Positions 19,733 to 29,496 are shown, counted from the first letter of the stretch. The stretch: DNA of 64,000 nt from Thermoplasmata archaeon (GCA_049300255.1 JBAQJJ010000031.1:20647-84646); one strand, 5' to 3'. Notes: a model not told the origin generated them from the letters alone. Translations and numbers: made by a program.

Positions 19733-20149
19733 TCACTCGACCCACGTCATGCGACATGTGGGGCAGGTCTCGCCTTGTAGGTCGGTTCCGCAGATGAAAC
19801 ACTGCCGAAACGGACCGCGGGCGGGAGCGCTCGTCGGCGCCATCTCCGCATCTTTCTGGGGCAAGGGGGGAGGCAGGGGCGCGGTTTCTGTATGCGGTTC
19901 GGCGACCGGCGGGGACGAGGCGGGCGCCTCCGCGGGGGACACGCTCGGAGCAGGAGCGGGGTCCGGAACGGGAGCGGTGGTCGTGCCGGAAGGCGCTTCC
20001 GTGGTGGGAGAGGCGGAACTTGTGTCGGAGGGCGGCGAGGCCGCCGGGGTTGCGGGTGGCGGGGAGGTTGACGGCTCGGCAGCTGATTTCGATAGAGTGG
20101 ACTCGGAAGGGGACTCCTTCTCTTTCCGCTTTCTCCGGAAGAATGCCAT
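19733..20149 (-). CDS. Pro/Thr/Ser-rich protein with C-terminal zinc ribbon
   Basis: Internal start MAFFRRKRKEKES. Ends CFICGTDLQGETCPTCRMTWVE. Starting here avoids overlap with ridA. Confidence 0.3.
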   Translation of the reverse strand: MAFFRRKRKEKESPSESTLSKSAAEPSTSPPPATPAASPPSDTSSASPTTEAPSGTTTAPVPDPAPAPSVSPAEAPASSPPVAEPHTETAPLPPPLPQKDAEMAPTSAPARGPFRQCFICGTDLQGETCPTCRMTWVE

Positions 20150-20245
20150 CCTCCTGCGGAACTCTTCTGGAACTTTACTCCTACGGTCTTCGGGCGCCGG
20201 ATTCACTCGGGATATGCTTTTGCGGCCCCTTCCTTTCGCCGGGGC

Positions 20246-20710
20246 ATGACCGAGCGACCTTCGGAGCGACTCGCCGCCCTCGCTCTCACACTGCCCCCGC
20301 CGCCGCAACCCGCCGGTTCGTATGCCCCGCTGGTCGTGCATCGCGACCTGGCCTGGGTTTCGGGACAGATTGTTACGCAAGACAAGAAGGTGGTCTCCCC
20401 GGGAAAGGTCGATGCGGACGTGCCCTTCGAAACCGCCCAGCAGCTCGCGCGCCGTGCGACGTTGCAGGCGTTGAGCGCGCTGGCGAACGGTCTCGGATCG
20501 ATCGACCGCGTCCAGCGCATTCTTCGGGTCGGCGTGTACGTCGCCTCCTCTCCCGGTTTTGTTCGGCAGCACGAAGTCGGAAACGGCGCCACGGACCTGT
20601 TGATCGCCGTCTTCGGGGAATCGGGACGCCCCGCTCGCGCGTCGGTGGGAGTTCCCTCGCTCCCCCTAGATGCGCCGGTGGAGATCGAGCTTTGGGCCGC
20701 CCTCGCGTGA
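20246..20710 (+). CDS. ridA: RidA/YjgF family protein
   Basis: 154 aa. The GQI...VKVTVYL-like core is well conserved. Confidence 0.75.
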   Translation: MTERPSERLAALALTLPPPPQPAGSYAPLVVHRDLAWVSGQIVTQDKKVVSPGKVDADVPFETAQQLARRATLQALSALANGLGSIDRVQRILRVGVYVASSPGFVRQHEVGNGATDLLIAVFGESGRPARASVGVPSLPLDAPVEIELWAALA

Positions 20711-20719
20711 CGGGGAACT

Positions 20720-21376
20720 GTGGAGCGCGCGGAGTGGCCCGGGGTCTATCGATCCGGTCGGGATCTCTTCACGCGCAACGCGACCCCCGGGGTCCGGGTC
20801 TATGGAGAAGAATTACGCGCCGAAGGAACCGCCGAGTACCGGCAGTGGGATCCGTTCCGTTCCAAATTGGCGGCCTATCTGTTGCGAGGCGCGCCGCCGG
20901 ACCTCCTGGCGGACGTTCGATCGGTCCTCTATCTGGGAGGCGCGCATGGCACCACGGCGAGCCACCTCGCCGACCTGCTTCCGGACGCCCGCATTTTCGT
21001 AATCGAAAAGAGCCCGACCTCCTTCGCGCCCCTGCTCGCGCTCGCCCGCCGCCGAGCGAATCTCCTTCCCATTCTCGCCGATGCTCAGCTCCCCGAACGG
21101 TACGCCGCCGACGTCGGGATCGTTGATTTTCTCTACCAGGACGTCGCGCAGCGGGCGCAGGCCGGGATCTTCCTCGAGAATGCCCAGGCCTGCCTGGCGA
21201 CGGACGGACGGGGACTCCTCATGCTGAAGGTCCGCTCCGTGACTCAGCGTCGATCCGCTTCAGCGATCGTAAACGAATCGCGTTCGATCCTCGAACGCGG
21301 CGGCTGGCGCGTCGATGGAGGCGTCTCCCTCGTCCCGTTCTCGAAAGAGCACGTGGCGCTGCACGTGGATCGATAG
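20720..21376 (+). CDS. flpA: fibrillarin-like rRNA/tRNA 2'-O-methyltransferase
   Basis: VYGEELRAEGTAEYRQWDPFRSKLAAYLL...VLYLGGAHGTTASHLADL...LADAQLPERY...VDFLYQDVAQRAQA. GTG start. No nop5 is adjacent. Confidence 0.8.
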   Translation: MERAEWPGVYRSGRDLFTRNATPGVRVYGEELRAEGTAEYRQWDPFRSKLAAYLLRGAPPDLLADVRSVLYLGGAHGTTASHLADLLPDARIFVIEKSPTSFAPLLALARRRANLLPILADAQLPERYAADVGIVDFLYQDVAQRAQAGIFLENAQACLATDGRGLLMLKVRSVTQRRSASAIVNESRSILERGGWRVDGGVSLVPFSKEHVALHVDR

Positions 21377-21446
21377 CCAGCCCTTCATCTTCCAGAGTTC
21401 GCTAGTTGCTCGGAGCGCAAGTAGCCCCGCGCAGCTCCGAGGGTGA

Positions 21447-23732
21447 ATGAATGGGCGGTACCGCGATGCTACTCACCTCCGCGCGCTGTTTCGACACCAG
21501 TCCGAGAAACCTCACCAGGCTCGTTGGGTCGGCCTGATTTTTCTCGTAGGGCTTCTCCTTCCCGCTCTCGGGATTGAGCCCGTCGCCGCCGGCACGGACG
21601 CGGCCGGGGTTGTTTCGGAGCAGCAAGCGACCTCGACGGCCCGATTGGCCGTGGAGCCGAGCGACTGGTTGATGGAAACCGGGAGTTCCGCCTCCTTTTC
21701 GGCGGCTTGGATTGGCTTCTCCGGAGACTGTACCCTGGTCGGCGCCTGGTTCTTCTGGAACGAAAGTCGCTCGTTTGTAGGAGGATATCTGAATAGCACC
21801 TCTGGGTCGAGCGTCCAGCTCAGCGCCGCCTCCGCGATGACGGGGGTGATGAACCTCACCGTTCGCTCGGCTGCCCAGCTTACTTGCAACAATCAATCTC
21901 GCGCGGTTCAAGGGTTCGCCACGGTTCGAATTACCGTCGTGGCCCCTCTGGTGGTGTCCCCGCTCGCCTCGAACGTCACTGTTCTGACTCCGGGAGCATC
22001 CGTTGCCCTCCACGGTTCAGTCGCTGGTGGCCTTCGCCCATACTACGTGCGGGCTTCATTCGGGGACGGTTCCGAGACGAACCTCACGGTGGAGGCTCCG
22101 GGACCGTTCTCCTTGGATCACACCTATTCGAACGGGTCCTATCGGCCCGAGGTCACCATTGATGATAGTGGGGGCGCGACCGTCTCATCGTCTCTCCCGA
22201 TACCTCTGAATGTCTCGGAAGGTCCGGCCATCGCCATCCATTCCTCCGTGACCGCGGCAGAACTGGGCCGCCCGTTGACCCTTTCCTCCGAACTTCTCGC
22301 TATCCAAGGTGACCTCGAATACCAGTGGTCCGTCGGGGGACATGTATTCGCCACAACTTCCAACGTCACCTTCGATGACCCGTACCCGGCCAACTTCACC
22401 ATCTCGCTGGAAGTCCTTCGCGTGGTTCCTCCCCTGTACCTCGTGACCTTCGTAATCACGACCGCCCTGACCATTTCGGTCGATCCGTTGCCGAGCGCTA
22501 CTTGGGGGCCCCTACCGAGTCAAGCGGAGGCAGGTGGGCTGGTTTCCCTCGGCGTAGCCGTCGACGCTGGGACGAGCCCGTACGAGCTGCGCTGGCAGTT
22601 GGTTCCGAGCACTCTGGCAGGGAATCTCTCCTTGCCCGTTCCCGGAACGTACTTTCTGCTCCTCGCGCCCTCCACCCCCGGCGATTTTCACCTCGATGCC
22701 ACCTTGACCGACGCGGATGGGGGCGAACTCCACCTATTCCTGCCGTTCCCGGAGGTTGAACCCCCGCTCGAGCTGTCCGTGGATGCGAATCGATCCACGG
22801 TGATCGGCGGAGTGCTCCAGACGCTTCAACTAGCGATCTCGGGAGGAGTGGGTCCGTTTTGGTGGAACGTCGTTCCGAGCGGGGCTCCGGTTTCGGCGAG
22901 TCCGCTCGAAGGAGAAGCGGACGGAGATGGTACGATGGTTTGGTCCGGCCTGTTCCAAACGGTCGGTAACGTTTCACTTTCCATTTTCTTTCTCGATAAC
23001 ACCTCGTACTCAGTCTCCGCCTACGTCGAGCTACCGGCGCTGCCTACGCTGACCGCCTCGTTCTCGGTCCAGGTTGAGAACGGCACATCAGGTCCGGTAC
23101 TGAATGCGACTGTCGCGTTGGAGGGCGGCCTTCCCCCGTTTCACGTCGCGCTCGGCACGAACGGGAGCCCGTGGGTATCCTCCTGGGTGTCCACAGACGG
23201 GAGCTACAGTTGGACTGATCGTGTCAATCAATCCGGATTGGTCACGGTTGGCCTTCAACTGAGTGATTCGGCGCTGGAAACGCTGTGGGAGAACCGGAGT
23301 GTGGTCATACCGCCCAATTCCACGGGCGGACCCGCCCCACTCCCGCCCAGCGAACTGCCGACTTCCATCACTGCGACCGGGAACAATCCCTGGGCGTTTC
23401 CCCTGGCGATCCTGACCGGGGTCGCAGTCGGGGCGATCGCGTTCGTCGGGCTGCGAGCATACTTCTCCCGGACGCGGCGAGGTCCTTCCCCACCGCCGAC
23501 CCCGGCGGTGGATGCGAGCGAAGTGCTGCGGCGATTAGTGACGGCGGGAGATGGAATCGAACGCGGCAGCCTCGAACTGTTGGCCGAAGATGCCGGTCTT
23601 TCACTGTCGCAAGTCCGCGCGACGATCGACCGTCTGGCGCTAGACGGCGTCTTGCGCACGGAGCTCGGCGTTGACGGGGAAGAGCTTCTCACGTGGGTCG
23701 GAGCCCCGCCGGGGCGGGGGAACGCGCCGTGA
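21447..23732 (+). CDS. large secreted surface glycoprotein (Ig-like repeats, many N-x-S/T sequons, C-terminal TM anchor)
   Basis: 761 aa. N-terminal hydrophobic signal, repeated beta-rich segments, C-terminal ILTGVAVGAIAFVGL plus a basic tail. The stop overlaps the next start as GTGA. Confidence 0.55.
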   Translation: MNGRYRDATHLRALFRHQSEKPHQARWVGLIFLVGLLLPALGIEPVAAGTDAAGVVSEQQATSTARLAVEPSDWLMETGSSASFSAAWIGFSGDCTLVGAWFFWNESRSFVGGYLNSTSGSSVQLSAASAMTGVMNLTVRSAAQLTCNNQSRAVQGFATVRITVVAPLVVSPLASNVTVLTPGASVALHGSVAGGLRPYYVRASFGDGSETNLTVEAPGPFSLDHTYSNGSYRPEVTIDDSGGATVSSSLPIPLNVSEGPAIAIHSSVTAAELGRPLTLSSELLAIQGDLEYQWSVGGHVFATTSNVTFDDPYPANFTISLEVLRVVPPLYLVTFVITTALTISVDPLPSATWGPLPSQAEAGGLVSLGVAVDAGTSPYELRWQLVPSTLAGNLSLPVPGTYFLLLAPSTPGDFHLDATLTDADGGELHLFLPFPEVEPPLELSVDANRSTVIGGVLQTLQLAISGGVGPFWWNVVPSGAPVSASPLEGEADGDGTMVWSGLFQTVGNVSLSIFFLDNTSYSVSAYVELPALPTLTASFSVQVENGTSGPVLNATVALEGGLPPFHVALGTNGSPWVSSWVSTDGSYSWTDRVNQSGLVTVGLQLSDSALETLWENRSVVIPPNSTGGPAPLPPSELPTSITATGNNPWAFPLAILTGVAVGAIAFVGLRAYFSRTRRGPSPPPTPAVDASEVLRRLVTAGDGIERGSLELLAEDAGLSLSQVRATIDRLALDGVLRTELGVDGEELLTWVGAPPGRGNAP

Positions 23733-24127
23733 TCGACGCACGCTTCTCGGCCCCGCTGGGCGTGGTCATCAGCCTCGTGGTCGTCTTCGGAGGAAGCGTG
23801 CTATCGCCGGTGTTCGGCGAGCGAGTCGGCCCCTCAGCCAACACGGCGGACGGTCGGTCGGTCGTCGACTCCCCGCAGAACAACAGTGCGGTGGGAAATT
23901 TTTCCGCCTCCATCAATCGGCTGGTCCTTCTACTCGGAGCCGCCGGGAGTGGGTTGCTCGCTCTCGTCTGGGCCCGCGTCGCGTTGAGCTGGTTCTCGAA
24001 CGACGTCACGAAAAAAATCCAGGCAAAGGACCGCGCTCGGGATGCGCTCATCGGCACATTGCTGTTCACGGCCGCTATCACAGGGCTTGCCTGGGGCCTG
24101 GCGCACTGGGTGCTCACCGGCTCGTGA
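23729..24127 (+). CDS. VirB2/TrbC-like pilin (CedA1/TedC-like)
   Basis: GTG start overlapping the upstream stop. N-terminal signal-like TM, then two C-terminal hydrophobic helices separated by KKIQAKDRARD. Confidence 0.45.
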   Translation: MIDARFSAPLGVVISLVVVFGGSVLSPVFGERVGPSANTADGRSVVDSPQNNSAVGNFSASINRLVLLLGAAGSGLLALVWARVALSWFSNDVTKKIQAKDRARDALIGTLLFTAAITGLAWGLAHWVLTGS

Positions 24128-24130
24128 GGG

Positions 24131-25276
24131 GTGGGCTGCATGGACCTCGGCTCGATTCTGCAGGGGATCCTTTTCGCGCTCTTCGCGCTCCTCAGTGCGA
24201 CCCTCGCGGCGATTACGGGACCCACCTACGACAATCTGCTCGTTCCGGAACTTTCGAGCTCGGCGCTTTACCCCGTCCTCTCGTCCTCTACTAGCTCAGG
24301 TACGTCGTTCCTGACACGCGCTGCCGAATTTAGCACGTACCTTTTGGAGAACCTCGTAGACCCCGCGATCGCGCTGCTAGCAATCGGCGTCGCGCTGGTC
24401 TACCTGGCGCGGCCGTTCGTCGGTCGATGGACCGGTTCTCCCGAGCCGCTGCTCGGTCGCCTGGTCGTCGCCGTTGTGTTGGCGAATTTCACCGTTCCGG
24501 TTGCCGGCGCCCTCCTCTCCCTGGCGGGCGCGGCGTATCCCACGATTGCGGGGTTCGATGGTGGAGCCTGGCAGCACTGGGTCAACCTGGCGGGTTACGG
24601 AGAGCTCTCATTTTCCTGGGACAACGGCGCGCTGACCTTCGTGCTTTCCTTCGTTCTCTTCGTCCTTGTGTTCCTACTGACGCTGGCGATCGCGCTCCGC
24701 GACGCCATGTTGGGCGTCCTTCTCGTTCTGTTGCCGGTCTTTACCCTCGTATGGCCGTTCCGGCCCCTTTCGACACTCGCCCGGCGAGGCTGGCTATTGT
24801 TCGTCGAACTCGCTTTCCTTCCCTGCGTCACGGTCATTCCGCTCGAGCTGGCGGTCGGCAGCCCGACCATTCTGCTGCTCGTGGGCTACCTGGCGGTCGC
24901 GGTCGCGTCCCCCTTCTTACTGTCCCTCGCGGGGACCAACTTGACGGCGTTCGGGTTCCCCGGCGCGACAGGGATCGCGGCAAGCGCATCGCAACGGGGT
25001 CTCGGGTCTACCTCAAGCGCCGGGGGGAGCTACTTCAACGCTGCCGCGGAACATCTGCGCGGAGTGCGACCCGGCGCGGGGGCCGCGGCGGCCGTCCAAC
25101 GCCTCGGACAGACGGCTCCTCCGATGACAGCTCCGCTGTTGGTCGCGGACTTTCTCGGTAGAGGGACGACCCACCTCATCCAGCACCTCCGGACCTCGGG
25201 AACCCGGAACTTGGCGCGGGGGCCTCAATTTCCGGGGGTGAAGGGCGGCAATCCGGCCGCTTCCGGGCATGAGTGA
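24131..25276 (+). CDS. VirB6/TrbL-like polytopic membrane protein (CedA/TedA-like)
   Basis: 381 aa with 7 or more TM segments. Positioned between the pilin-like gene and the ATPase. Confidence 0.45.
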   Translation: MGCMDLGSILQGILFALFALLSATLAAITGPTYDNLLVPELSSSALYPVLSSSTSSGTSFLTRAAEFSTYLLENLVDPAIALLAIGVALVYLARPFVGRWTGSPEPLLGRLVVAVVLANFTVPVAGALLSLAGAAYPTIAGFDGGAWQHWVNLAGYGELSFSWDNGALTFVLSFVLFVLVFLLTLAIALRDAMLGVLLVLLPVFTLVWPFRPLSTLARRGWLLFVELAFLPCVTVIPLELAVGSPTILLLVGYLAVAVASPFLLSLAGTNLTAFGFPGATGIAASASQRGLGSTSSAGGSYFNAAAEHLRGVRPGAGAAAAVQRLGQTAPPMTAPLLVADFLGRGTTHLIQHLRTSGTRNLARGPQFPGVKGGNPAASGHE

Positions 25277-26042
25277 CTTCCTCCCACCTTCGGTAATCTT
25301 GCCCGAACGGCTCGATCGGCCCATGCGGCTCGGGCCCTTTCCCTCCGCCCGCTCGGCGCTCAAGTTCGTCACGTACTGTGCGGTTGGGGCACTTTTTGTC
25401 CCTATCGCGGGTGGCTTGGTCTGGCTTCCGTTCCTCCTCCTCGGGCTGGTGGTATCCGTCCATCGAACCGGGGAGAAGGGCCCGGACGAACGGATCCTCG
25501 ATTTCGTGCTGTACCGGCTGCGACAGCACGGCGCGTTTGCGACGAATCCGGGTCGGATCGTTGGGCAGACCCGTGGCCCGCTCATCCGTCTTCGTTCGGG
25601 AAGTTACGTGGCAATCGTGGAAACCAGGGGAAATCCCATCCTCCACCTTCCCCCTCGTGAAATCGAGGACCTCTTCTCGCAGTATCGTGACTTCTTGCGC
25701 GCGCTCGATGGCGGGTGCGCCTTCGTAGCTACGGTCGCGCCCCTGTCCGCCGTGGCGTGCGAGCCTCCCCGGCGCAGCCGCCCGGAGGGCTTGGCCTCCG
25801 AGGCACAAACAGGGTACGATGAGCTCGTTCGCCTTCTCTGCCGTCGGCGATTCGTCCGGCGCATCTTCTTCGCCTTCGGGAGCTCGAATAGCTCGCCGAC
25901 GGCCGTCACGCAGCTCGAAGCACGAGTGGCGATGTCGATGGAACGATTCCAACGGCTGGGCGTTGGGCCCGTGCGCCTTCGCGGACGCATGCTCAAGGAG
26001 GCCGCGCACCGATTCGACTGGCCCGTGCGCGAGGTCGTATGA
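25269..26042 (+). CDS. membrane-anchored hypothetical protein (VirB3/VirB4 N-domain-like position)
   Basis: One or two N-terminal TM segments (FVTYCAVGALFVPIAGGLVWLPFLLLGLVV), then a soluble domain. 8-nt overlap with the upstream gene. Confidence 0.4.
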   Translation: MSDFLPPSVILPERLDRPMRLGPFPSARSALKFVTYCAVGALFVPIAGGLVWLPFLLLGLVVSVHRTGEKGPDERILDFVLYRLRQHGAFATNPGRIVGQTRGPLIRLRSGSYVAIVETRGNPILHLPPREIEDLFSQYRDFLRALDGGCAFVATVAPLSAVACEPPRRSRPEGLASEAQTGYDELVRLLCRRRFVRRIFFAFGSSNSSPTAVTQLEARVAMSMERFQRLGVGPVRLRGRMLKEAAHRFDWPVREVV

Positions 26043-26416
26043 ACGCCTTGCGTCCGCGAGATGGGGGCCGCGATCGAGATCTCCTGTCCGTCGGGGCCGG
26101 ATTGGCGGTGATCGCCGGCGGATTGGCCGTTGCGCTACCCTACTTGACTGGGCTCACCCTCGCCATGGCCTGCATCGTCTTCGCCGCGTGGCTGGTAGGA
26201 TCGTCCTCCCGACCGGTCGACATCCCCGGGGATCTTCGAAGGCATCCAACCAAGGCCTGGTTCTGGATCTCGGTCGCACTCTTTGCGGGAACGCTCATCC
26301 TGTATTTCGGTGCACCTTCCTCACTCGCCTCGCTCCGAGGGCCGGCCCTCGCGGTTTCCCCCGTGGCCTGTTGGTGGAGTTCGGTCTCCGGGATCGTGCG
26401 GAGATCGCCGACATGA
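26039..26416 (+). CDS. small membrane protein
   Basis: 125 aa, 3 TM. ATGA overlap with the ATPase start. Confidence 0.4.
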   Translation: MNALRPRDGGRDRDLLSVGAGLAVIAGGLAVALPYLTGLTLAMACIVFAAWLVGSSSRPVDIPGDLRRHPTKAWFWISVALFAGTLILYFGAPSSLASLRGPALAVSPVACWWSSVSGIVRRSPT

Positions 26417-28134
26417 GGATTCGAATGCCCTCGGCATCTCCCGGGCCCAAGGAGGGTCGCGGGTGGATTCGTCGATCGCACCGATTCCTCGCCCCGCTGC
26501 TACCCGGAGCCCTGCCACACGAACTATCCGTGACGGCGATGGGGCAAACACTCCGCACCTCGGAGGCGACCGAACTGCATCTCGAACTATTTCGAATTCC
26601 ACCGGATCGAGCTCTGGCGATGCTACAGGAAGCTCGCAGCGTCGCGAGCGCAGAACTTGCCCGTCAGGGGGACAGGGTGGGTGCTCCTACCTCGGAATTG
26701 GAGATCGAGGAGGCCAGCGCCGGGGCGCTCGGGGCCCGCATCGCCCAGCGTGAACAGGATCTGTGGCACGTTGGGATCCGCTTCTCCTGCTTCGGGCGGA
26801 ACCCCGGCGCCGCCGAGCGACTCCGGGATGTGATCTCCCGCCGACTCGCCGCGCTCGGATTTCGCCCCCGGATCCCCATCTATCAGGCGGCCCTCGCGGC
26901 CGAGGCGGTTGATCTCTCCGGTCGGCAGCCGCGTCCCCCGGGGTATTGGCACATGCTGCACACTGACGGAGTGGCCGCGTTCTACCCCTTCGTCGACGAA
27001 ACCGTCGCCGAACCGGGGGGGATACTGATGGGCCTCCAACTCGACGATGCCACTCCCGTGTTTCTGGATCGCTGGTCCCATTCGAGTTATTCGTGGGGCC
27101 TGTTCGGGACGACCGGCGCCGGGAAGAGCTTCGCCTCGGCGCTTTTCCTACTGCGCACGCTTTGGATGCGACCGGAGACGAAGGTTGTGATCCTCGATCC
27201 TCTCGGGGAATTCGGTGAATTCGCGCAGGAATTGGGCGGGTCCGTCCTGACGCTCGGCGCCCCGAACGCGCCTCGGCTCAATCCCCTGGACCCGGCGACG
27301 ACCGGCGGCGATCGGTCGGAGAAGGCCGGTCGCGTCGGGACGATGCTGCGTGCTCTGTTTCCGAGCCTGCGCGATGAGGAGACCGCAACCCTCGACAGTG
27401 CCGTCACTCGGCTTTACGACCGCGGACCCGTCGTTCCCACGTTAAGCGACTTGATCGCAGAGGTGGGTGAAGCCCCTCGTCTTTCGGAAAGGCTACTGGG
27501 ATTACTCGAGGTTTTTCGCACCGGATCGCTCCGGCATCTCGACGGACCGAGCACGCTCCTTCCGGAGCGCTCCCCCGTCGTGGTCGACCTGGAGGGGGCG
27601 GACGAAGAACATCTCCCGTTCCACCTCGCCTACTTACTCGATTGGGCGTACGGGCAACTTCGAACCCAGGTCGGGCCCAAACTGCTGCTCGTGGACGAGG
27701 CGCATGTCTTGGTACGGCATGCGCCGACCGCCCTCTTTCTGGACCGGATCATCCGACATGTGCGCCACTTCGAGGCGGGCGTGATGATCGTCAGCCAGAG
27801 CCCGGAAGATTTCCTCAAGGACGATTCGGGCCGTTCGATCCTTCGAAACTTGCGCGCCACGCTGCTCTTGCGCCTGGCCCATGCCCGCCCCGAAGTGCAG
27901 GAGTTCTACGGGCTCACCGACGCCGAGCTCCAATGGTTGACCCGGACCCGCCTCCCGAGGGAAACCGGCTACGCGGAAGCGCTCCTGCGCGCGGGGTCGT
28001 TCCACCTCCCCCTGGGGATCGTGGCATCGACGCCGGAATACGATTGGCTGCAGCGCCGATTAGGACGGGAACGACCCGATCGACAACCGGCCCCACCCGA
28101 CCCCTCCAACGCCGGTCCAACACCACGTTTATGA
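26413..28134 (+). CDS. VirB4/TrbE/CedB-like transfer ATPase (DUF87/HerA-FtsK superfamily)
   Basis: ATG at 26413. Walker A GTTGAGKS, Walker B LLLVDEAH. 574 aa. The 771-aa track ORF adds a spurious N-terminal extension. Confidence 0.7.
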   Translation: MRIRMPSASPGPKEGRGWIRRSHRFLAPLLPGALPHELSVTAMGQTLRTSEATELHLELFRIPPDRALAMLQEARSVASAELARQGDRVGAPTSELEIEEASAGALGARIAQREQDLWHVGIRFSCFGRNPGAAERLRDVISRRLAALGFRPRIPIYQAALAAEAVDLSGRQPRPPGYWHMLHTDGVAAFYPFVDETVAEPGGILMGLQLDDATPVFLDRWSHSSYSWGLFGTTGAGKSFASALFLLRTLWMRPETKVVILDPLGEFGEFAQELGGSVLTLGAPNAPRLNPLDPATTGGDRSEKAGRVGTMLRALFPSLRDEETATLDSAVTRLYDRGPVVPTLSDLIAEVGEAPRLSERLLGLLEVFRTGSLRHLDGPSTLLPERSPVVVDLEGADEEHLPFHLAYLLDWAYGQLRTQVGPKLLLVDEAHVLVRHAPTALFLDRIIRHVRHFEAGVMIVSQSPEDFLKDDSGRSILRNLRATLLLRLAHARPEVQEFYGLTDAELQWLTRTRLPRETGYAEALLRAGSFHLPLGIVASTPEYDWLQRRLGRERPDRQPAPPDPSNAGPTPRL

Positions 28135-28739
28135 GGCGCGGTTGGGCGAGTACGCTCGTGGTCGACGAGCTCCCCGCCTCTGCCGACCAACCGGCCCGGA
28201 AGAAAACCAGCTGGTCCCTGAAAACCATCGTGGAGGACGTAGCGGGACGTCCCATCGACGAACTGCAGGATCCAGAACGACCGCAGCATCCGTACCTCCG
28301 AGTAAAAGCCGCGTGGGCGCACCCTCCGAACGGTACGCGATCGAACGCAGGTACCCCGGCGCAGGTTGCCTCCTCAGGGGAACAAACTCCCGAACTCGAT
28401 TACGACCCGATCGACCAAATTTACCCGCCGCTGGTGGGGGAAACCGGACGCTCGTATCACGGCCCGTCGTCGGAGCATCATCACGAGACCCTCCGGAGCG
28501 TCGCCGGTGGCGCCGAGACGCCGACGCTGGGGAATCGACCACATCCCCCCGGTCCGTCCCGCCGACCGGAGCGGATCTACCTGCACTATCTGCTACTTCA
28601 TCTCGACCGCTTGAGCGACGCGGCGATGCGGTATCTCAAGCATGCCGTCGACGAGGAACTCGCGCACCGGGAGTCGGGGGCGAACGGTGGGAAGTCCGCC
28701 GAACCACCGGCACCACCCGCTCCGACGTTGCCTTCGTGA
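28131..28739 (+). CDS. hypothetical protein, ATGA-coupled to the ATPase
   Basis: MRRGWASTLVVDELPASADQ... is non-repetitive. Converges on and overlaps the methyltransferase 3' end by ~100 bp, which lowers confidence. Confidence 0.3.
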   Translation: MRRGWASTLVVDELPASADQPARKKTSWSLKTIVEDVAGRPIDELQDPERPQHPYLRVKAAWAHPPNGTRSNAGTPAQVASSGEQTPELDYDPIDQIYPPLVGETGRSYHGPSSEHHHETLRSVAGGAETPTLGNRPHPPGPSRRPERIYLHYLLLHLDRLSDAAMRYLKHAVDEELAHRESGANGGKSAEPPAPPAPTLPS

Positions 28740-29496
28740 TCAAGCCGGCAAAGGCGCGCCGGTCGGTCTCCACTCCGACCGCGTCGCGACCGAGATGGAC
28801 CGCGCTCCAGAGCGTTGTGCCGGTCCCGGCGAACGGATCGAGTACGGTATCCCCGATGACGGAGAACATGCGAATCAACCGATCCGGAATCTCGGGGGGG
28901 AACGCCGCGGTGCGGTTCGGGCCGAGCCCCTGCCGGGTTCCGCGGATGTCGGACCAGATCTGGCTGAACCAGAGGTCCCGCTCCCTTCGCGTGTATCGAC
29001 TGGCTTCTCGCGCGGCGTCGCGCCGGGGGAAACTTCGCAGATTTCCCCTTCGAAAGAGCAGGATGTACTCGCAGTCGAGCGTGATGTAGGCGTTGGGGGG
29101 GAGAAAGCCCGACCCCAGAAAGGCGTTCGGCTTGTTCGTCGGTTTCTTCCACAAGAGGTGCGGAAGGGGACGCAGCCCGACCGACGTCGCATCCACGAGA
29201 ACCGTCGCGTGATTCGGCCACAGCTGAAACTTCCCGTCCAGGGAACGGACCGCATCGCCGATGTTCACGGCCAAGATCCCTCCCGGGACAAGGACCCGGG
29301 CGCATTCGGCCCAAGCGCCCCGGAGAATTCGGTGCATGGCGGAGTAGCCCCGGGCCCCCATCGACGCGAAGAGCCGATCCCACTGGGGAATCATCGGATA
29401 CGGCGGTGACGTGACGACCAACGCGATTGTCGCGCTGTCGATCTCCGTGAGATGGCGCGCATCGCCGTGGATCAGGGTCAGCGCCCCCAGCCGCAC
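28636..29496 (-). CDS. site-specific DNA methyltransferase (N4/N6, beta-class)
   Basis: VVTSPPYPM (motif IV) precedes DPFAGTGTTLWSA (motif I). No restriction endonuclease is adjacent. Confidence 0.75.
   Translation of the reverse strand: MRLGALTLIHGDARHLTEIDSATIALVVTSPPYPMIPQWDRLFASMGARGYSAMHRILRGAWAECARVLVPGGILAVNIGDAVRSLDGKFQLWPNHATVLVDATSVGLRPLPHLLWKKPTNKPNAFLGSGFLPPNAYITLDCEYILLFRRGNLRSFPRRDAAREASRYTRRERDLWFSQIWSDIRGTRQGLGPNRTAAFPPEIPDRLIRMFSVIGDTVLDPFAGTGTTLWSAVHLGRDAVGVETDRRAFAGLITKATSERVVPVVRRTSHRSPPTPGARVPRRRHA

Noticed and set aside
20020-21126. 368-aa plus-strand ORF
   Set aside because: It overlaps ridA and fibrillarin in another frame. Composition is Arg/Pro/Gly low-complexity.
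25819-26412. N-terminal 198-codon extension of the VirB4-like ATPase ORF
   Set aside because: It overlaps two better-supported membrane-protein genes in other frames. The ATPase has an ATG at 26413 with ATGA coupling.
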